DNA of 64,000 nucleotides from Trichormus sp. ATA11-4-KO1 (lineage in GTDB: Bacteria > Cyanobacteriota > Cyanobacteriia > Cyanobacteriales > Nostocaceae). The DNA lies in assembly GCA_019358915.1 (NCBI GenBank), contig JAHHIM010000001.1, forward strand, positions 96,001-160,000. The letters are read 5' to 3'. Below are positions 52,059 to 63,329 of the stretch, one piece after another (within the stretch, counting starts at the first letter, position 1; the number at the start of each line of letters is the position of its first letter). The notes beneath the pieces were generated by a model that made no database searches, was not told the origin of the DNA, and was given only the letters and a program-made list of their open reading frames with translations. The position numbers and the translations under genes are program-made.

Positions 52059-53195
52059 ATGAGAATTGCCCTATTCACCGAAACCTTTTTACCCAAGGTT
52101 GACGGCATTGTCACGCGCCTGCGTCACACTGTTGACCATCTACAGCGTAATGGTGACCAAGTATTGGTGATTGCCCCTGATGGTGGCATCACTGAACATA
52201 AAGGAGCTCAAGTTTACGGCGTTACTGGCTTTCCCTTGCCATTGTATCCAGAGTTAAAAATGGCATTACCCCGCCCAGCTATTGGTTATGCCCTAGAAGA
52301 GTTTCAGCCAGACATTATTCATGTCGTTAATCCAGCTGTTTTAGGATTGGCGGGGATTTTTTATAGCAAGATGCTCAAAATTCCTTTAGTAGCGTCTTAC
52401 CATACACATTTACCCCAATATCTCCAGCATTACGGCTTGGGAATGCTCGAAGGGTTTCTCTGGGAATTGCTGAAAAACGCTCATAATCAAGCATCCTTGA
52501 ATCTTTGTACCTCCACAGCGATGATGGAGGAACTGACAGAACACGGTATTGAACGGGTGCAAGTGTGGCAAAGGGGTGTAGATACAGAATTATTTCATCC
52601 TGATTTAGCTAATACTCAGATGCGATCGCGTCTGTCACAAAATCACCCAGAAAGCCCCTTGCTGCTGTATGTCGGGCGTCTTTCTGCCGAAAAAGAAATT
52701 GAGCGCATCAAACCAATTTTAGCGGCAATTCCCGCAGCGCGATTAGCGTTAGTAGGTGATGGCCCCCATCGCCAAGAACTAGAAAAACATTTTGCCGGCA
52801 CCAATACCCATTTTGTCGGCTATCTCATGGGTCAGGAGTTAGGTTCTGCCTTTGCTAGCGCTGATGCCTTTATCTTTCCTTCCCGGACAGAAACACTAGG
52901 CTTAGTTCTACTAGAAGCAATGGCTGCTGGATGTCCCGTGGTAGCAGCCCGTTCTGGAGGAATTCCGGATATTGTGACAGATGGCGTAAATGGATATCTT
53001 TTTGACCCTACAGCAGATATTCAAGATGCCATTGCTGCTACTGTCCGTCTCTTACAAAACCAACAAGAACGAGACATCATCCGTCAAAATGCCCGTCGAG
53101 AAGCAGAAAGTTGGGGGTGGTCAGCTGCCACATGCCAGCTGCAAGATTACTATCAAAAGGTGCTATTTTCAGAACAACTGATAAAAGCTGCGTAA
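52059..53195 (+). CDS. sqdX: GT4 sulfoquinovosyl transferase
   Basis: FTETFLPKVDGIVTRL, ETLGLVLLEA; follows sqdB. Confidence 0.93.
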   Translation: MRIALFTETFLPKVDGIVTRLRHTVDHLQRNGDQVLVIAPDGGITEHKGAQVYGVTGFPLPLYPELKMALPRPAIGYALEEFQPDIIHVVNPAVLGLAGIFYSKMLKIPLVASYHTHLPQYLQHYGLGMLEGFLWELLKNAHNQASLNLCTSTAMMEELTEHGIERVQVWQRGVDTELFHPDLANTQMRSRLSQNHPESPLLLYVGRLSAEKEIERIKPILAAIPAARLALVGDGPHRQELEKHFAGTNTHFVGYLMGQELGSAFASADAFIFPSRTETLGLVLLEAMAAGCPVVAARSGGIPDIVTDGVNGYLFDPTADIQDAIAATVRLLQNQQERDIIRQNARREAESWGWSAATCQLQDYYQKVLFSEQLIKAA

Positions 53196-53296
53196 ATAGG
53201 GTTTTTAATTACACTAAGGTTTGAGAAATCGGTTCCTTTAAGAAACCAGGTTTCTCAAAACTTAATTATATATATCAAGAAAAATTTAAACTTTCC

Positions 53297-55972
53297 ATGA
53301 CTCTTCCCAATTCTGGTAGCGTCTTGGCTACATTAACTGAACTAACTCAAGTTAATCGCATTCATACTCTACTAACTCGTTTAAAAGACCTGCCGGTTAA
53401 CGAATTTATTTGCTTACTTGACTTCATCACTGCTGAGTTTCAACAGTTTCTCCGAGCAATTGAGCTAATCAATAATGAAGCTCTAGAAACTATGTTGGAA
53501 AAGGTTCTAGAAGCCATCACACTCAAAATTGGTCAAATTCTCCAAGCCGAAAACTCAGCCATTTTCTTAGTTGACTATGATAAAGGTCAGCTATGGTCAA
53601 AAGTTCCCCAAAATAATACTCAAAAATCTTTAGAAATTAGAACTCCTATCACGGTTGGTATTCCCGGTCATGTTGCCAGTACAGGTCAATATCTGAATAT
53701 ATCTGAAACTGTTACTCACCCCTTGTTCAGCCCAGAACTAGAAAAACAAATGGGCTACAAAATCCATAATCTTTTATGTATGCCTGTAGTGAGTAGTAAA
53801 AACCAGATTGTAGCAGTAGTACAACTGGCAAACAAAACAGGGAGTCTTCCATTTAATCACGAAGATGAAGAACGTTTTCGCGACTTTGCCTCTTCTATTG
53901 GGATTATCCTGGAAAGTTGCCAGTCTTTTTATGTAGCGGCGCGCAATCAACGAGGTGCAACTGCACTTTTACGGGCGACCCAGACACTAGGGCAAAGTTT
54001 AGATTTAGAAGCAACTTTGCAAATAGTCATGGAACAAGCTCGAATTCTAATGCAAGCAGACCGCAGCACGCTATTTTTATATCGTAAAGAAATGGGCGAA
54101 CTCTGGACAAAAGTAGCAGTAGCGGCAGATGGGACAAATTTGATGGAAATCCGAATGCCAGCGAATCGTGGGATTGCTGGCTATGTAGCCTCTACAGGTG
54201 AAGCACTAAATATTTCTGATGCCTATAAAGACCCCCGTTTTGACCCGACTACAGACAAAAAAACTGGGTACATAACTCACAACATTTTGTGTTTACCAGT
54301 GTTTAATTCGGCCAATGAATTAATTGGTGTAACACAATTAATTAATAAGCAAAAAGGCTGTTTTACCGCCTCTGATGAAGAGTTTATGCGAGCTTTTAAT
54401 ATTCAGGCAGGAATTGCTTTAGAAAATGCTCGTTTATTTGAAAATGTCTTATTAGAAAAACAGTATCAAAAAGATATTTTGCAAAGTTTGTCAGATGCTG
54501 TAATTTCTACAGATATGACAGGTCAGATTGTCACCATTAATGATGCAGCTCTGGCCTTGCTGGGTTGTCCTTTAGATAAAGCTAATACCAAAAACAATAA
54601 GTTACTGTGGGAACAAAATTTAATCGGTCGCTTAGTTTGGGAGGTTGTACCAATTGAAAATTTACAAATGCGGTTGGAAGACAGCTTAACAACTGGTGCT
54701 AGACATTATGTGCCAGAGCAAAATTTGACAGTGGGGCTGTATCAGGTATGTAGTGGAACTCAACACGGGCTAAACATCCCGCCCTACGCGCAGCCATGCC
54801 CGCAGGGCTTTACAGCACTCAGCAACGCTACATATTCTACTACAGCGCTGTGCGCATCCTGCGGCGGGGGAGACTCCAAGACAGGTTTAATCTTAGCAGT
54901 ACGCGATCGCATTAACCCAGATATTTTTATTCCTTGGAATCAACCTCTAACGCCGCAATCTCATTTTCTCACTTCTAGTCAGGTGGAAAAATTAGAACGC
55001 AGCATTAATCTCACCGTTAATCCTCTGACAAACCCAGAAGGTGGCGTCCGTGGTGGTTTGGTAGTTCTCGAAGATATCAGTCAGGAAAAGCGCATGAAAA
55101 GTACCATGTATCGCTACCTCACACCTCATGTTGCCGAACAAGTGATGGCATTGGGGGAAGATGCTCTCATGGTAGGTGAGCGCAAGGAAGTGACTATTTT
55201 ATTTTCTGATATTCGCGGCTACACCACACTTACAGAAAACTTGGGGGCTTCTGAAGTGGTGTCGCTATTGAATCAGTATTTTGAAACAATGGTGGAAGCA
55301 GTATTTAACTACGAAGGCACTCTTGATAAGTTTATTGGTGATGCCTTGATGGCGGTGTTTGGTGCGCCGTTACCACTGACAGAAAATCATGCTTGGAGAG
55401 CGGTGCAATCAGCGTTGGATATGCGTCAACGTCTGAAGGAATTTAACCATCGGCGGATTATCCAGGCGCAACCACAAATCCATATAGGCATCGGCATTAG
55501 TTCTGGAGAAGTAGTTTCTGGTAATATTGGTTCCCACAAACGCATGGATTACACTGTCATTGGGGATGGAGTAAATTTAAGTTCGCGTTTGGAAGGAGTG
55601 ACAAAAGAATATGGTTGTGATATTATTTTAAGTGAATTTACTTATCAATTGTGCAGCGATCGCATTTGGGCACGGCAGTTAGATAAGATTCGGGTTAAAG
55701 GTAAACACCAAGCAATCAATATCTACGAGTTAATTGGCGATCGCACTACTCCCTTAGATGCTAACACCCAAGAGTTTTTGTTTCATTACCAAGCTGGACG
55801 TGCGGCTTATTTAGCTCGTAACTTTCCCCAAGCGATCGCTTGTTTTATGGCTGCCAAACATATTCGACCTACAGACCAAGCTGTTAATGTTCACCTAGAA
55901 CGTGCTCATAATTATCAAAAGACACCACCGGCAAAATCCTGGGATGGTGTCTGGACAATGATTGCGAAATAA
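53297..55972 (+). CDS. cyaB1: GAF-GAF-PAS class III adenylate cyclase (CyaB1-like)
   Basis: Two GAF domains (NK..F..EDE), PAS, FSDIRGYT, DKFIGDA, GDGVNLSSRLE. Confidence 0.9.
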   Translation: MTLPNSGSVLATLTELTQVNRIHTLLTRLKDLPVNEFICLLDFITAEFQQFLRAIELINNEALETMLEKVLEAITLKIGQILQAENSAIFLVDYDKGQLWSKVPQNNTQKSLEIRTPITVGIPGHVASTGQYLNISETVTHPLFSPELEKQMGYKIHNLLCMPVVSSKNQIVAVVQLANKTGSLPFNHEDEERFRDFASSIGIILESCQSFYVAARNQRGATALLRATQTLGQSLDLEATLQIVMEQARILMQADRSTLFLYRKEMGELWTKVAVAADGTNLMEIRMPANRGIAGYVASTGEALNISDAYKDPRFDPTTDKKTGYITHNILCLPVFNSANELIGVTQLINKQKGCFTASDEEFMRAFNIQAGIALENARLFENVLLEKQYQKDILQSLSDAVISTDMTGQIVTINDAALALLGCPLDKANTKNNKLLWEQNLIGRLVWEVVPIENLQMRLEDSLTTGARHYVPEQNLTVGLYQVCSGTQHGLNIPPYAQPCPQGFTALSNATYSTTALCASCGGGDSKTGLILAVRDRINPDIFIPWNQPLTPQSHFLTSSQVEKLERSINLTVNPLTNPEGGVRGGLVVLEDISQEKRMKSTMYRYLTPHVAEQVMALGEDALMVGERKEVTILFSDIRGYTTLTENLGASEVVSLLNQYFETMVEAVFNYEGTLDKFIGDALMAVFGAPLPLTENHAWRAVQSALDMRQRLKEFNHRRIIQAQPQIHIGIGISSGEVVSGNIGSHKRMDYTVIGDGVNLSSRLEGVTKEYGCDIILSEFTYQLCSDRIWARQLDKIRVKGKHQAINIYELIGDRTTPLDANTQEFLFHYQAGRAAYLARNFPQAIACFMAAKHIRPTDQAVNVHLERAHNYQKTPPAKSWDGVWTMIAK

Positions 55973-56011
55973 GCAACCCCCAAGATGTAACTGGAAAATC
56001 TCAAGTATTGA

Positions 56012-56287
56012 TTAACCTTCACTCTCCTCAGCTTGACCTTGAAAGGGGTTTTCGCCGATTTTCAATTGTTTTTTGGTTTTTTTCAGATGTTTCCATAAAG
56101 CCTTGATTTGTTCGTAAGCTTCATCTGGTGGTAGCTTTCCACCTGTTTCTAAATTGCAAATGTAACTGACTCGCTGGGCAAATTCTTGTAAATTAGAGTT
56201 AAAAACCAAGTTTTCCGGCTTTACCTGACCATAGTAGCGACCACGAGGATAGAGAAAATCGTCTTTGCTCACTATTTTTTTCTCCAT
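56012..56287 (-). CDS. conserved small cyanobacterial protein
   Basis: FLYPRGRYYG..NLVFNSNLQEFAQRVSYICNLETGGK. Confidence 0.8.
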   Translation of the reverse strand: MEKKIVSKDDFLYPRGRYYGQVKPENLVFNSNLQEFAQRVSYICNLETGGKLPPDEAYEQIKALWKHLKKTKKQLKIGENPFQGQAEESEG

Positions 56288-57103
56288 TTATGCAATACCC
56301 CTCTTGTTTTAATCTATGAAGCTGAATTATTGGCTCTCCTCATCTTTAATTTTTGTCAGATTAGCAGAAGTTGTATCAATACCTCTTCTGGTAGGGGTTA
56401 TACAAAAATCAGTTTATTATGACCTTTAATGTTAAAAAACAAGGAAAAACGTAAATTTTTTGCATTAGCAGATGCCATCAAGACAATATTCGTTCACTTG
56501 ATGATAGATGATAATTTACTTTTCTGACTCTTGCCAATTTATTTCATCAGATGATAATCTACTTTTCTTAACAGTTGCCAATTTTTCTACCTTTTAGAGA
56601 TTTGTGATTTCAATTAGTTGTGCTAAAAATTACTTACTACTTTAGTGTTACTATATCTCTCCCATTATATTACAATCTTGCAACGGCAAAAATAAGTAAA
56701 GTTAAGTGTTAAAAAATACGAGTCTTAAAATATAATGCGTAAACTTTCAGACATTGCGTCTGCCCCATCTCCCGCCAATAAATAAATTGGCTAATAGCCC
56801 AAATCCACTAAAATGGGCTGAGAACCATGCCATCAAAGAGATTTAGTCATCTACTATTCGGGAACGCTCCGCGCACAGAGGACTTTAGCTATTAGCCATA
56901 GATTTTTAGCCAAGGTATTAAGTAAAAACTCAAGATAATTAATTGTTATCAGAGATTGAATATCAGTTGTGATTTGTCTACCAACTAACCTGTCCAACGA
57001 TAGCTGACTAAATCACCAATGGCTAATCTTGAATAACTAAAGATAAAATGGTTAAGCCCGAAAGGGCGAGAGCTACCCACCGCTTAAAACTTTACCTCCC
57101 ATC

Positions 57104-57865
57104 ATGTCTGTTTATTCCAAGCTATACGAAGGCAAAGCTAAAATTCTCTATGCAACAGACGATCCAGAAGTCTTGTTAGCTGATTTTAAAGACGATGCCA
57201 CTGCTTTTAACGCTCAGAAGCGTGGCAGTATTACCGACAAGGGAAAAATTAATTGTAGTATTTCTAGCCAACTATTTCAGCAGTTAGCAGCAAATGGTAT
57301 AAAAAATCACTTCATTGATAGTCCAGCCCCGCATCAAATGCGAGTGAAGGCTGTCAAGATTTTGCCATTAGAAGTAGTTGTGAGAAACATTGCTGCTGGC
57401 AGTCTGTCTCAACAAACAGGTTTACCAGTAGGCACAGTTCTGAAGCAGCCGTTAGTAGAATTTTATTACAAAAATGACCAGTTAGGAGATCCACTGTTAA
57501 CACGCGATCGCCTATTGTTGTTAGAACTAGCAACACCGGAACAAGTAGATGCAATTGCCAATCTAGCATTGCAAGTCAACGAGTTTCTCCAAGACTTTTG
57601 GCAGCAGTGCGGCATTACTCTAGTAGACTTCAAACTAGAATTTGGTTTGGACTCACAACAGCAGTTGCTCTTGGCAGATGAAATTAGCCCCGACACCTGC
57701 CGTTTGTGGAATACAGCCGAAGCAGATCCTAACCTCCGGGTCATGGATAAAGACCGCTTCCGCCGAGACTTGGGAAATGTAGAGGATGCTTATCAGGAGG
57801 TTTTACAACGAGTGTTACAAGCAGTAGAAGGGAAGACGGAAAACCAGGTCGCCCAACAGGGATGA
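57104..57865 (+). CDS. purC: SAICAR synthetase
   Basis: LYEGKAK, FKDDATAFN, DFKLEFG, DEISPDTCRLW. Confidence 0.98.
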   Translation: MSVYSKLYEGKAKILYATDDPEVLLADFKDDATAFNAQKRGSITDKGKINCSISSQLFQQLAANGIKNHFIDSPAPHQMRVKAVKILPLEVVVRNIAAGSLSQQTGLPVGTVLKQPLVEFYYKNDQLGDPLLTRDRLLLLELATPEQVDAIANLALQVNEFLQDFWQQCGITLVDFKLEFGLDSQQQLLLADEISPDTCRLWNTAEADPNLRVMDKDRFRRDLGNVEDAYQEVLQRVLQAVEGKTENQVAQQG

Positions 57866-58063
57866 AGAAGTTTGGCTTTAAACCTTAACTTCGAGGCTAA
57901 TTCTTCCCCTAGAAACAGTAAAAACCGGTAGTTTTTTATTCTTGCCTTGTGACTTATAAAGTAAAAAGGCAACAGCAAACATCAATATTTTTGCCTTTGC
58001 CTTTTGCATAAGAGCATGATTGCCTTGTGATGGTGTGTGGAAGTGAAGAGGAATTTAAATAAA

Positions 58064-60532
58064 ATGCGTTTATCTCCCGTATGGGTAGCGGCTGTAGCAA
58101 TTGCAGCGCCATTAGGCGGCACGCTCAGTGCAAATGCCCAAACTACTAATAGTTTAGAACAGACAGCAGAGATTTTCCCGCCCGCGATTAATCAGCAGCC
58201 AGTAAAGGATGCAACTCAAGGGCTGACTAGCGAGAGTTTAGAACCTCACGCCAACTCAACAGAGTTTCAGGTCATAAATGAGCCGCCATCTTCTATTGTG
58301 GCAGTTTTCCCGGCGAAATCTGATGTCATAGTGCCTACTTTGACAACTCCAGATTTTCCGCTCCCACAGCTTAATTTTGCTCCAGATGCAGCAAAGAACA
58401 CAACTCAAGGGTTGACTAGTGAGAGTTTAAAATCTCACGCCAATTCCAAAGATATTCAGGTAGTTGAGGAGCCTCAATCTTCTGTTGTGGCAGTTTTCCC
58501 GGCAAAATTAGATGTAATTTTGCTTACTTTGACAACGCCTACAATTGCCCAAACCCCTGAAACAACCCCAGATTTTCCTACCGAACAGCCAGATACTGTA
58601 CCTCCAGCAACGCAGCAACAGATACCCTCCCCAACTCCTGAAACTCCTCCGACTCAAGAGAATTTCAACACTCCCAACGCCACCCCAGATGCTACGGAAC
58701 CTCGCGTACTGGTGTCAGAAGTAATAGTCAGACCGGAAACAGGGCAACTATCACCGGAACTAGAAAACCAAGTTTACACAGTAATTCGTACCCAACCAGG
58801 CCGGACAACAACCCGTTCCCAACTGCAAGAAGATATTAATGCCATCTTTGGTACTGGCTTCTTTGCCAATGTTCAGGCGGTGCCAGAAGATACCCCATTG
58901 GGCGTGCGCGTTAACTTTATTGTCCAACCCAACCCTGTGCTGACAAAGGTAGAAATAGACGCAAATCCTAGTACCGATGTTCCCTCCGTACTACCTCCTA
59001 GCGTTGTGGATGAAATCTTCCGTGAGCAATATGGTAGAGTTCTCAACTTGCGTGATTTACAAGAAGGCATCAAGCAATTAACCCAGCGATATCAAGACAA
59101 AGGTTACGTCCTCGCAAACGTCATTGGCGCGCCACAAGTCTCTGAAAGCGGAGTTGTTACCCTGCAAGTAGCAGAAGGCGTAGTAGAGAATATTAAAGTC
59201 CGATTCCGCGATCGCGAAGGTCGAGAGACAGATGAGAAGGGACAACCAATTCGGGGTCGGACACAAGAGTATATAATTACGCGAGAAGTCGAGTTACAGC
59301 CAGGAGACGTATTTAACCGCGACATTGTGCAAAGAGACCTACAGAGGGTTTTTGGGCTAGGATTATTTGAAGACGTAAATGTTTCCCTTGACCCTGGTAC
59401 TGACCCCAGCAAAGTCGATGTAGTGGTAAATGTGGCCGAGCGTAGCACTGGTTCTATTGCGGCTGGTGCTGGTATTAGTTCCGCCAGTGGACTGTTTGGA
59501 ACTGTTAGTTATCAACAACAAAACCTGGCAGGAAGGAACCAAAGACTGGGTGCAGAGATCCAAGTAGGACAGAGAGAACTACTGTTTGACCTGCGGTTTA
59601 CAGACCCTTGGATTGCAGGCGACCCCTATCGAACTTCCTACACAGCGAATATTTTTCGCCGCAGTTCCATTTCGTTGATTTATGATGGACAAGACGGTGA
59701 TATTAGAACTTTTCAAGTAGGAGAAACAGATGGCGATCGCCCCCGGGTTCTGCGTCTCGGTGGTGGTCTTACCTTTACTCGTCCCCTGTCTGCCAATCCC
59801 TATGAAAGATCAGAATGGACTGCCTCAGCAGGTTTTCAGTATCAACGAGTTTCTACCCGTGACGCTGATGGTAATGTCAGACGAGAAGGAGCTGTTTTCC
59901 GTGACGGAGAACGCGTCAGTGAACCAATTAACTTAAGCTTCTCTGATCGAGGTGAAGATGATTTGGTGTTATTACAACTAGGAGCGCAGCGCGATCTCCG
60001 TAATAACCCTTTACAACCCACCAGTGGTTCTTTTCTGCGCTTCGGGGTTGATCAGTCAGTACCAATCGGACTAGGAAACATTTTCCTCACCAGATTAAGA
60101 GGTAGCTACAGCCAATACGTACCTGTGAATTTTATCAACTTGGCTCCTGGGGCACAAACCCTGGCATTTAACCTGCAAGGAGGCACAATTCTTGGTGACT
60201 TGCCGCCCTATGAAGCTTTTACCCTTGGCGGTAGCAACTCCATTCGGGGTTACGAAGAAGGAGCATTAACTAGTGGACGCAGTTATGTACAAGCATCCGT
60301 TGAGTATCGCTTCCCAGTTTTCTCCGTAGTTAGTGGCGCACTGTTTTTTGATGTTGGTAGTGACTTGGGAACTACTACCGAGCCAGCTGAGGTGTTGAAC
60401 AAAAACGGCAGTGGCTATGGCTATGGTCTGGGTGTGCGTGTGCAATCCCCACTAGGTCCCATTCGGATTGACTACGGTATCAACGACGATGGCGACAGCC
60501 GCATCAATTTCGGTATTGGGGAAAGGTTTTAA
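58064..60532 (+). CDS. bamA: Omp85/BamA outer membrane assembly factor
   Basis: Signal peptide, POTRA domains, SIRGY motif, C-terminal FGIGERF. Confidence 0.95.
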   Translation: MRLSPVWVAAVAIAAPLGGTLSANAQTTNSLEQTAEIFPPAINQQPVKDATQGLTSESLEPHANSTEFQVINEPPSSIVAVFPAKSDVIVPTLTTPDFPLPQLNFAPDAAKNTTQGLTSESLKSHANSKDIQVVEEPQSSVVAVFPAKLDVILLTLTTPTIAQTPETTPDFPTEQPDTVPPATQQQIPSPTPETPPTQENFNTPNATPDATEPRVLVSEVIVRPETGQLSPELENQVYTVIRTQPGRTTTRSQLQEDINAIFGTGFFANVQAVPEDTPLGVRVNFIVQPNPVLTKVEIDANPSTDVPSVLPPSVVDEIFREQYGRVLNLRDLQEGIKQLTQRYQDKGYVLANVIGAPQVSESGVVTLQVAEGVVENIKVRFRDREGRETDEKGQPIRGRTQEYIITREVELQPGDVFNRDIVQRDLQRVFGLGLFEDVNVSLDPGTDPSKVDVVVNVAERSTGSIAAGAGISSASGLFGTVSYQQQNLAGRNQRLGAEIQVGQRELLFDLRFTDPWIAGDPYRTSYTANIFRRSSISLIYDGQDGDIRTFQVGETDGDRPRVLRLGGGLTFTRPLSANPYERSEWTASAGFQYQRVSTRDADGNVRREGAVFRDGERVSEPINLSFSDRGEDDLVLLQLGAQRDLRNNPLQPTSGSFLRFGVDQSVPIGLGNIFLTRLRGSYSQYVPVNFINLAPGAQTLAFNLQGGTILGDLPPYEAFTLGGSNSIRGYEEGALTSGRSYVQASVEYRFPVFSVVSGALFFDVGSDLGTTTEPAEVLNKNGSGYGYGLGVRVQSPLGPIRIDYGINDDGDSRINFGIGERF

Positions 60533-60783
60533 GTTGTCATTAGTCATTAGTTATTGGTCATTTGTGACTGAACTAATGACTCGTCTATCTAATCATCAAC
60601 ACTGATTCCCCGGTACTTTCAAGCCTATCCCCTGTCCCCTGTTCTACCTAAGCACTTGCTAATTTTTACATTTGCCTCAATACTGATTCGATAAAGGGAT
60701 CAGTTACATCTGGAAAATAGATCAGGGTCTTTGCCAAAACTTGATATGAATCATATAAATCAAAATATATTCACTTTTCGCTT

Positions 60784-61623
60784 ATGCAGCAGCACACCAT
60801 AGCAGAGGAAATCACTCAAACCGGAGTGGGACTGCATAGTGGTGTAAGTACCCATGTACGGATACTACCAGCTGAGGCAGGCAGTGGGCGCTACTTTGTC
60901 AGGGTGGATTTGCCGGATTTACCAATAATTCCAGCCCAAGTTGCGGCGGTAAGTCAGACTGTTCTCTCAACTCAGTTGGGTAAAGGTGAGGTAAGTGTTC
61001 GCACGGTAGAGCATTTATTGGCGGCGCTTACAGGTATGGGTGTAAATAATGCCCGAATTGAAATTGACGGGACAGAAGTACCACTTTTAGACGGTTCGGC
61101 CAAGGTGTGGACGGACAGCATTACCCAAGTTGGTTTAAAATCACAAGCTTTTACTAGCAACGAAGAAAACTTGGTGGTGCAAGAACCTATCTGGATTTAT
61201 CAAGATGATGCTTTTGTTTGTGCCCTTCCAGCACCGGAAACCCGATTTAGTTACGGTATTGATTTTGACTTACCAGCTATTGGTAACCAATGGCACAGCT
61301 GGTCACTGACTGCCAGCTTTGCTACGGAAATTGCCCCTGCTCGTACCTTTGGGTTACTACATCAAATTGAACACTTACAAAAAACAGGATTAATTAAGGG
61401 TGGTAGCTTAGACAATGCACTCGTTTGCGGTTCTGAAGGTTGGCTAAATCCACCATTAAGATTTGCAAATGAACCAGTTCGTCATAAAATCTTGGATTTA
61501 GTAGGAGATTTGAGTTTACTAGGAACTTTTCCTCAGGCTCATTTCTTGGCGTATAAGGCTAGCCATAATTTACACATTCAACTGGCCCAGAAAATTTTAG
61601 AATTGGGATTAGCTAAAGCCTAA
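60784..61623 (+). CDS. lpxC: UDP-3-O-acyl-GlcNAc deacetylase
   Basis: [26 protein letters not shown]. Confidence 0.97.
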   Translation: MQQHTIAEEITQTGVGLHSGVSTHVRILPAEAGSGRYFVRVDLPDLPIIPAQVAAVSQTVLSTQLGKGEVSVRTVEHLLAALTGMGVNNARIEIDGTEVPLLDGSAKVWTDSITQVGLKSQAFTSNEENLVVQEPIWIYQDDAFVCALPAPETRFSYGIDFDLPAIGNQWHSWSLTASFATEIAPARTFGLLHQIEHLQKTGLIKGGSLDNALVCGSEGWLNPPLRFANEPVRHKILDLVGDLSLLGTFPQAHFLAYKASHNLHIQLAQKILELGLAKA

Positions 61624-61695
61624 AATATCAATTCGTGAAAGGTTTTAACGCCTGCCTACTTAAATTCACCAAGTTAAAAATCAATCATACCGCTA

Positions 61696-62205
61696 ATGGC
61701 AATCGTCAGTGAAGTGAATAGTACCGATACTACTGCGTCTACATCTACCGAAGAACAGATTACTGAAATTAAAACAACTTTTTCATCTGAAGAGATTCAG
61801 CAATTACTCCCCCATCGCTACCCATTTTTACTTGTAGATAAAATAATTGACTATGTGCCAGGAAAACTGGCTGTAGGCGTTAAAAACGTTACCTTTAATG
61901 AACCCCATTTTCAAGGGCATTATCCGGGAAGACCACTGATGCCAGGAGTGCTAATTGTTGAGGCAATGGCACAAGTCGGGGGCATTTTTCTCAAGCAACA
62001 GCCTGGGTTTGAGGATGGACTGTTTGTTTTTGCTGGTATCGATAAAGTCCGGTTCCGCCGCCAAGTAGTACCAGGAGACCAACTGGTGATGACAGTGGAA
62101 CTGTTATGGATAAAACAACGTCGTTTCGGTAAAATACAAGCCCGTGCCGAGGTTGACGGTCAACTTGCTGCTGAAGGCGAATTGATGTTTTCTCTAATCA
62201 ACTAA
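61696..62205 (+). CDS. fabZ: 3-hydroxyacyl-ACP dehydratase
   Basis: [29 protein letters not shown]. Confidence 0.97.
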   Translation: MAIVSEVNSTDTTASTSTEEQITEIKTTFSSEEIQQLLPHRYPFLLVDKIIDYVPGKLAVGVKNVTFNEPHFQGHYPGRPLMPGVLIVEAMAQVGGIFLKQQPGFEDGLFVFAGIDKVRFRRQVVPGDQLVMTVELLWIKQRRFGKIQARAEVDGQLAAEGELMFSLIN

Positions 62206-62437
62206 AAATTGGCTGTTGTGGTGTCAGGTAAAGCCGTGATTTACTCATACTGCATCCAGAATCAGGATAACAGTAAAAAAACTATCCACAACAGCATTTT
62301 ATAATTTCTTGATTTTCGCCGTCATCTTTTCTCCTTCAAAGACGCTAACGCCCTCACACTTAAATTGCTTTGCCCGACACTTTCGGTCACTGAAAACTTA
62401 CACACTCAGCACTTAAGAAAGTTCTGGAGATTCACCA

Positions 62438-63256
62438 TTGAAGACGCTTATTCATCCAACTGCTGTAATTCATCCTAAATCGGAACTCCACCCTACAGTG
62501 CAAGTCGGTGCCTATGCTGTGATTGGAGCGCATGTCAAAGTCGGCCCGGAAACAATTATTGGCGCTCATGTAGTGCTAGAAGGGCCTTGTGAGATTGGGG
62601 CGCGAAATCAAATTTTTCCAGGTGCAGCTATTGGCATGGAACCCCAGGATCTGAAGTTTGTCGGAGAACCAACCTGGGTCAAAATTGGTGATAATAACTC
62701 AATTCGTGAGTATGTCACGATTAACCGCGCTACTGGTGCTGGTGAAGCTACGATCATTGGCAATAATAATTTATTGATGGCTTATGTACACGTAGCCCAT
62801 AACTGCATAATTGAAGACCATGTAATTATCCCTAACTCAGTAGCTCTGGCAGGTCATGTCCACATAGAGTCACGAGCAAGACTAGGTGGGGTTTTGGGTG
62901 TGCATCAATTTGTACACATTGGTCAACATGCAATGGTAGGGGGTATGGCACGAATTGACCGGGATGTACCTCCTTACATGCTTGTGGAGGGCAATCCAGC
63001 ACGAGTGCGAACCCTGAATTTAGTGGGACTCAAACGTTCTGGGATGACTTCAACCGACCTGCAAATCCTCAAAAAAGCGTTCCGGATTCTTTATCGGTCT
63101 GGTTTAACCTTTAAGGATGCCTTGGAACAGCTTGAACAACTGGGAGACACTGAACAACTGCAAAACCTGCGTCGCTTCCTACTACTGTCTCAAATGCCAG
63201 GAAGACGAGGCTTGATTCCAGGAAGGGGTAAACCAGGCGCGAGTGATGAGTCCTAA
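62438..63256 (+). CDS. lpxA: UDP-GlcNAc acyltransferase
   Basis: IHPTAVI, hexapeptide repeats, PQDLK, HVAHNC. Confidence 0.97.
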   Translation: MKTLIHPTAVIHPKSELHPTVQVGAYAVIGAHVKVGPETIIGAHVVLEGPCEIGARNQIFPGAAIGMEPQDLKFVGEPTWVKIGDNNSIREYVTINRATGAGEATIIGNNNLLMAYVHVAHNCIIEDHVIIPNSVALAGHVHIESRARLGGVLGVHQFVHIGQHAMVGGMARIDRDVPPYMLVEGNPARVRTLNLVGLKRSGMTSTDLQILKKAFRILYRSGLTFKDALEQLEQLGDTEQLQNLRRFLLLSQMPGRRGLIPGRGKPGASDES

Positions 63257-63329
63257 GTTATGTGTTAGGAGTTAGGAGTATAATTTATCTCCTAACTTTT
63301 TAAATTTTTTACTAATTACTAATTTTCAA

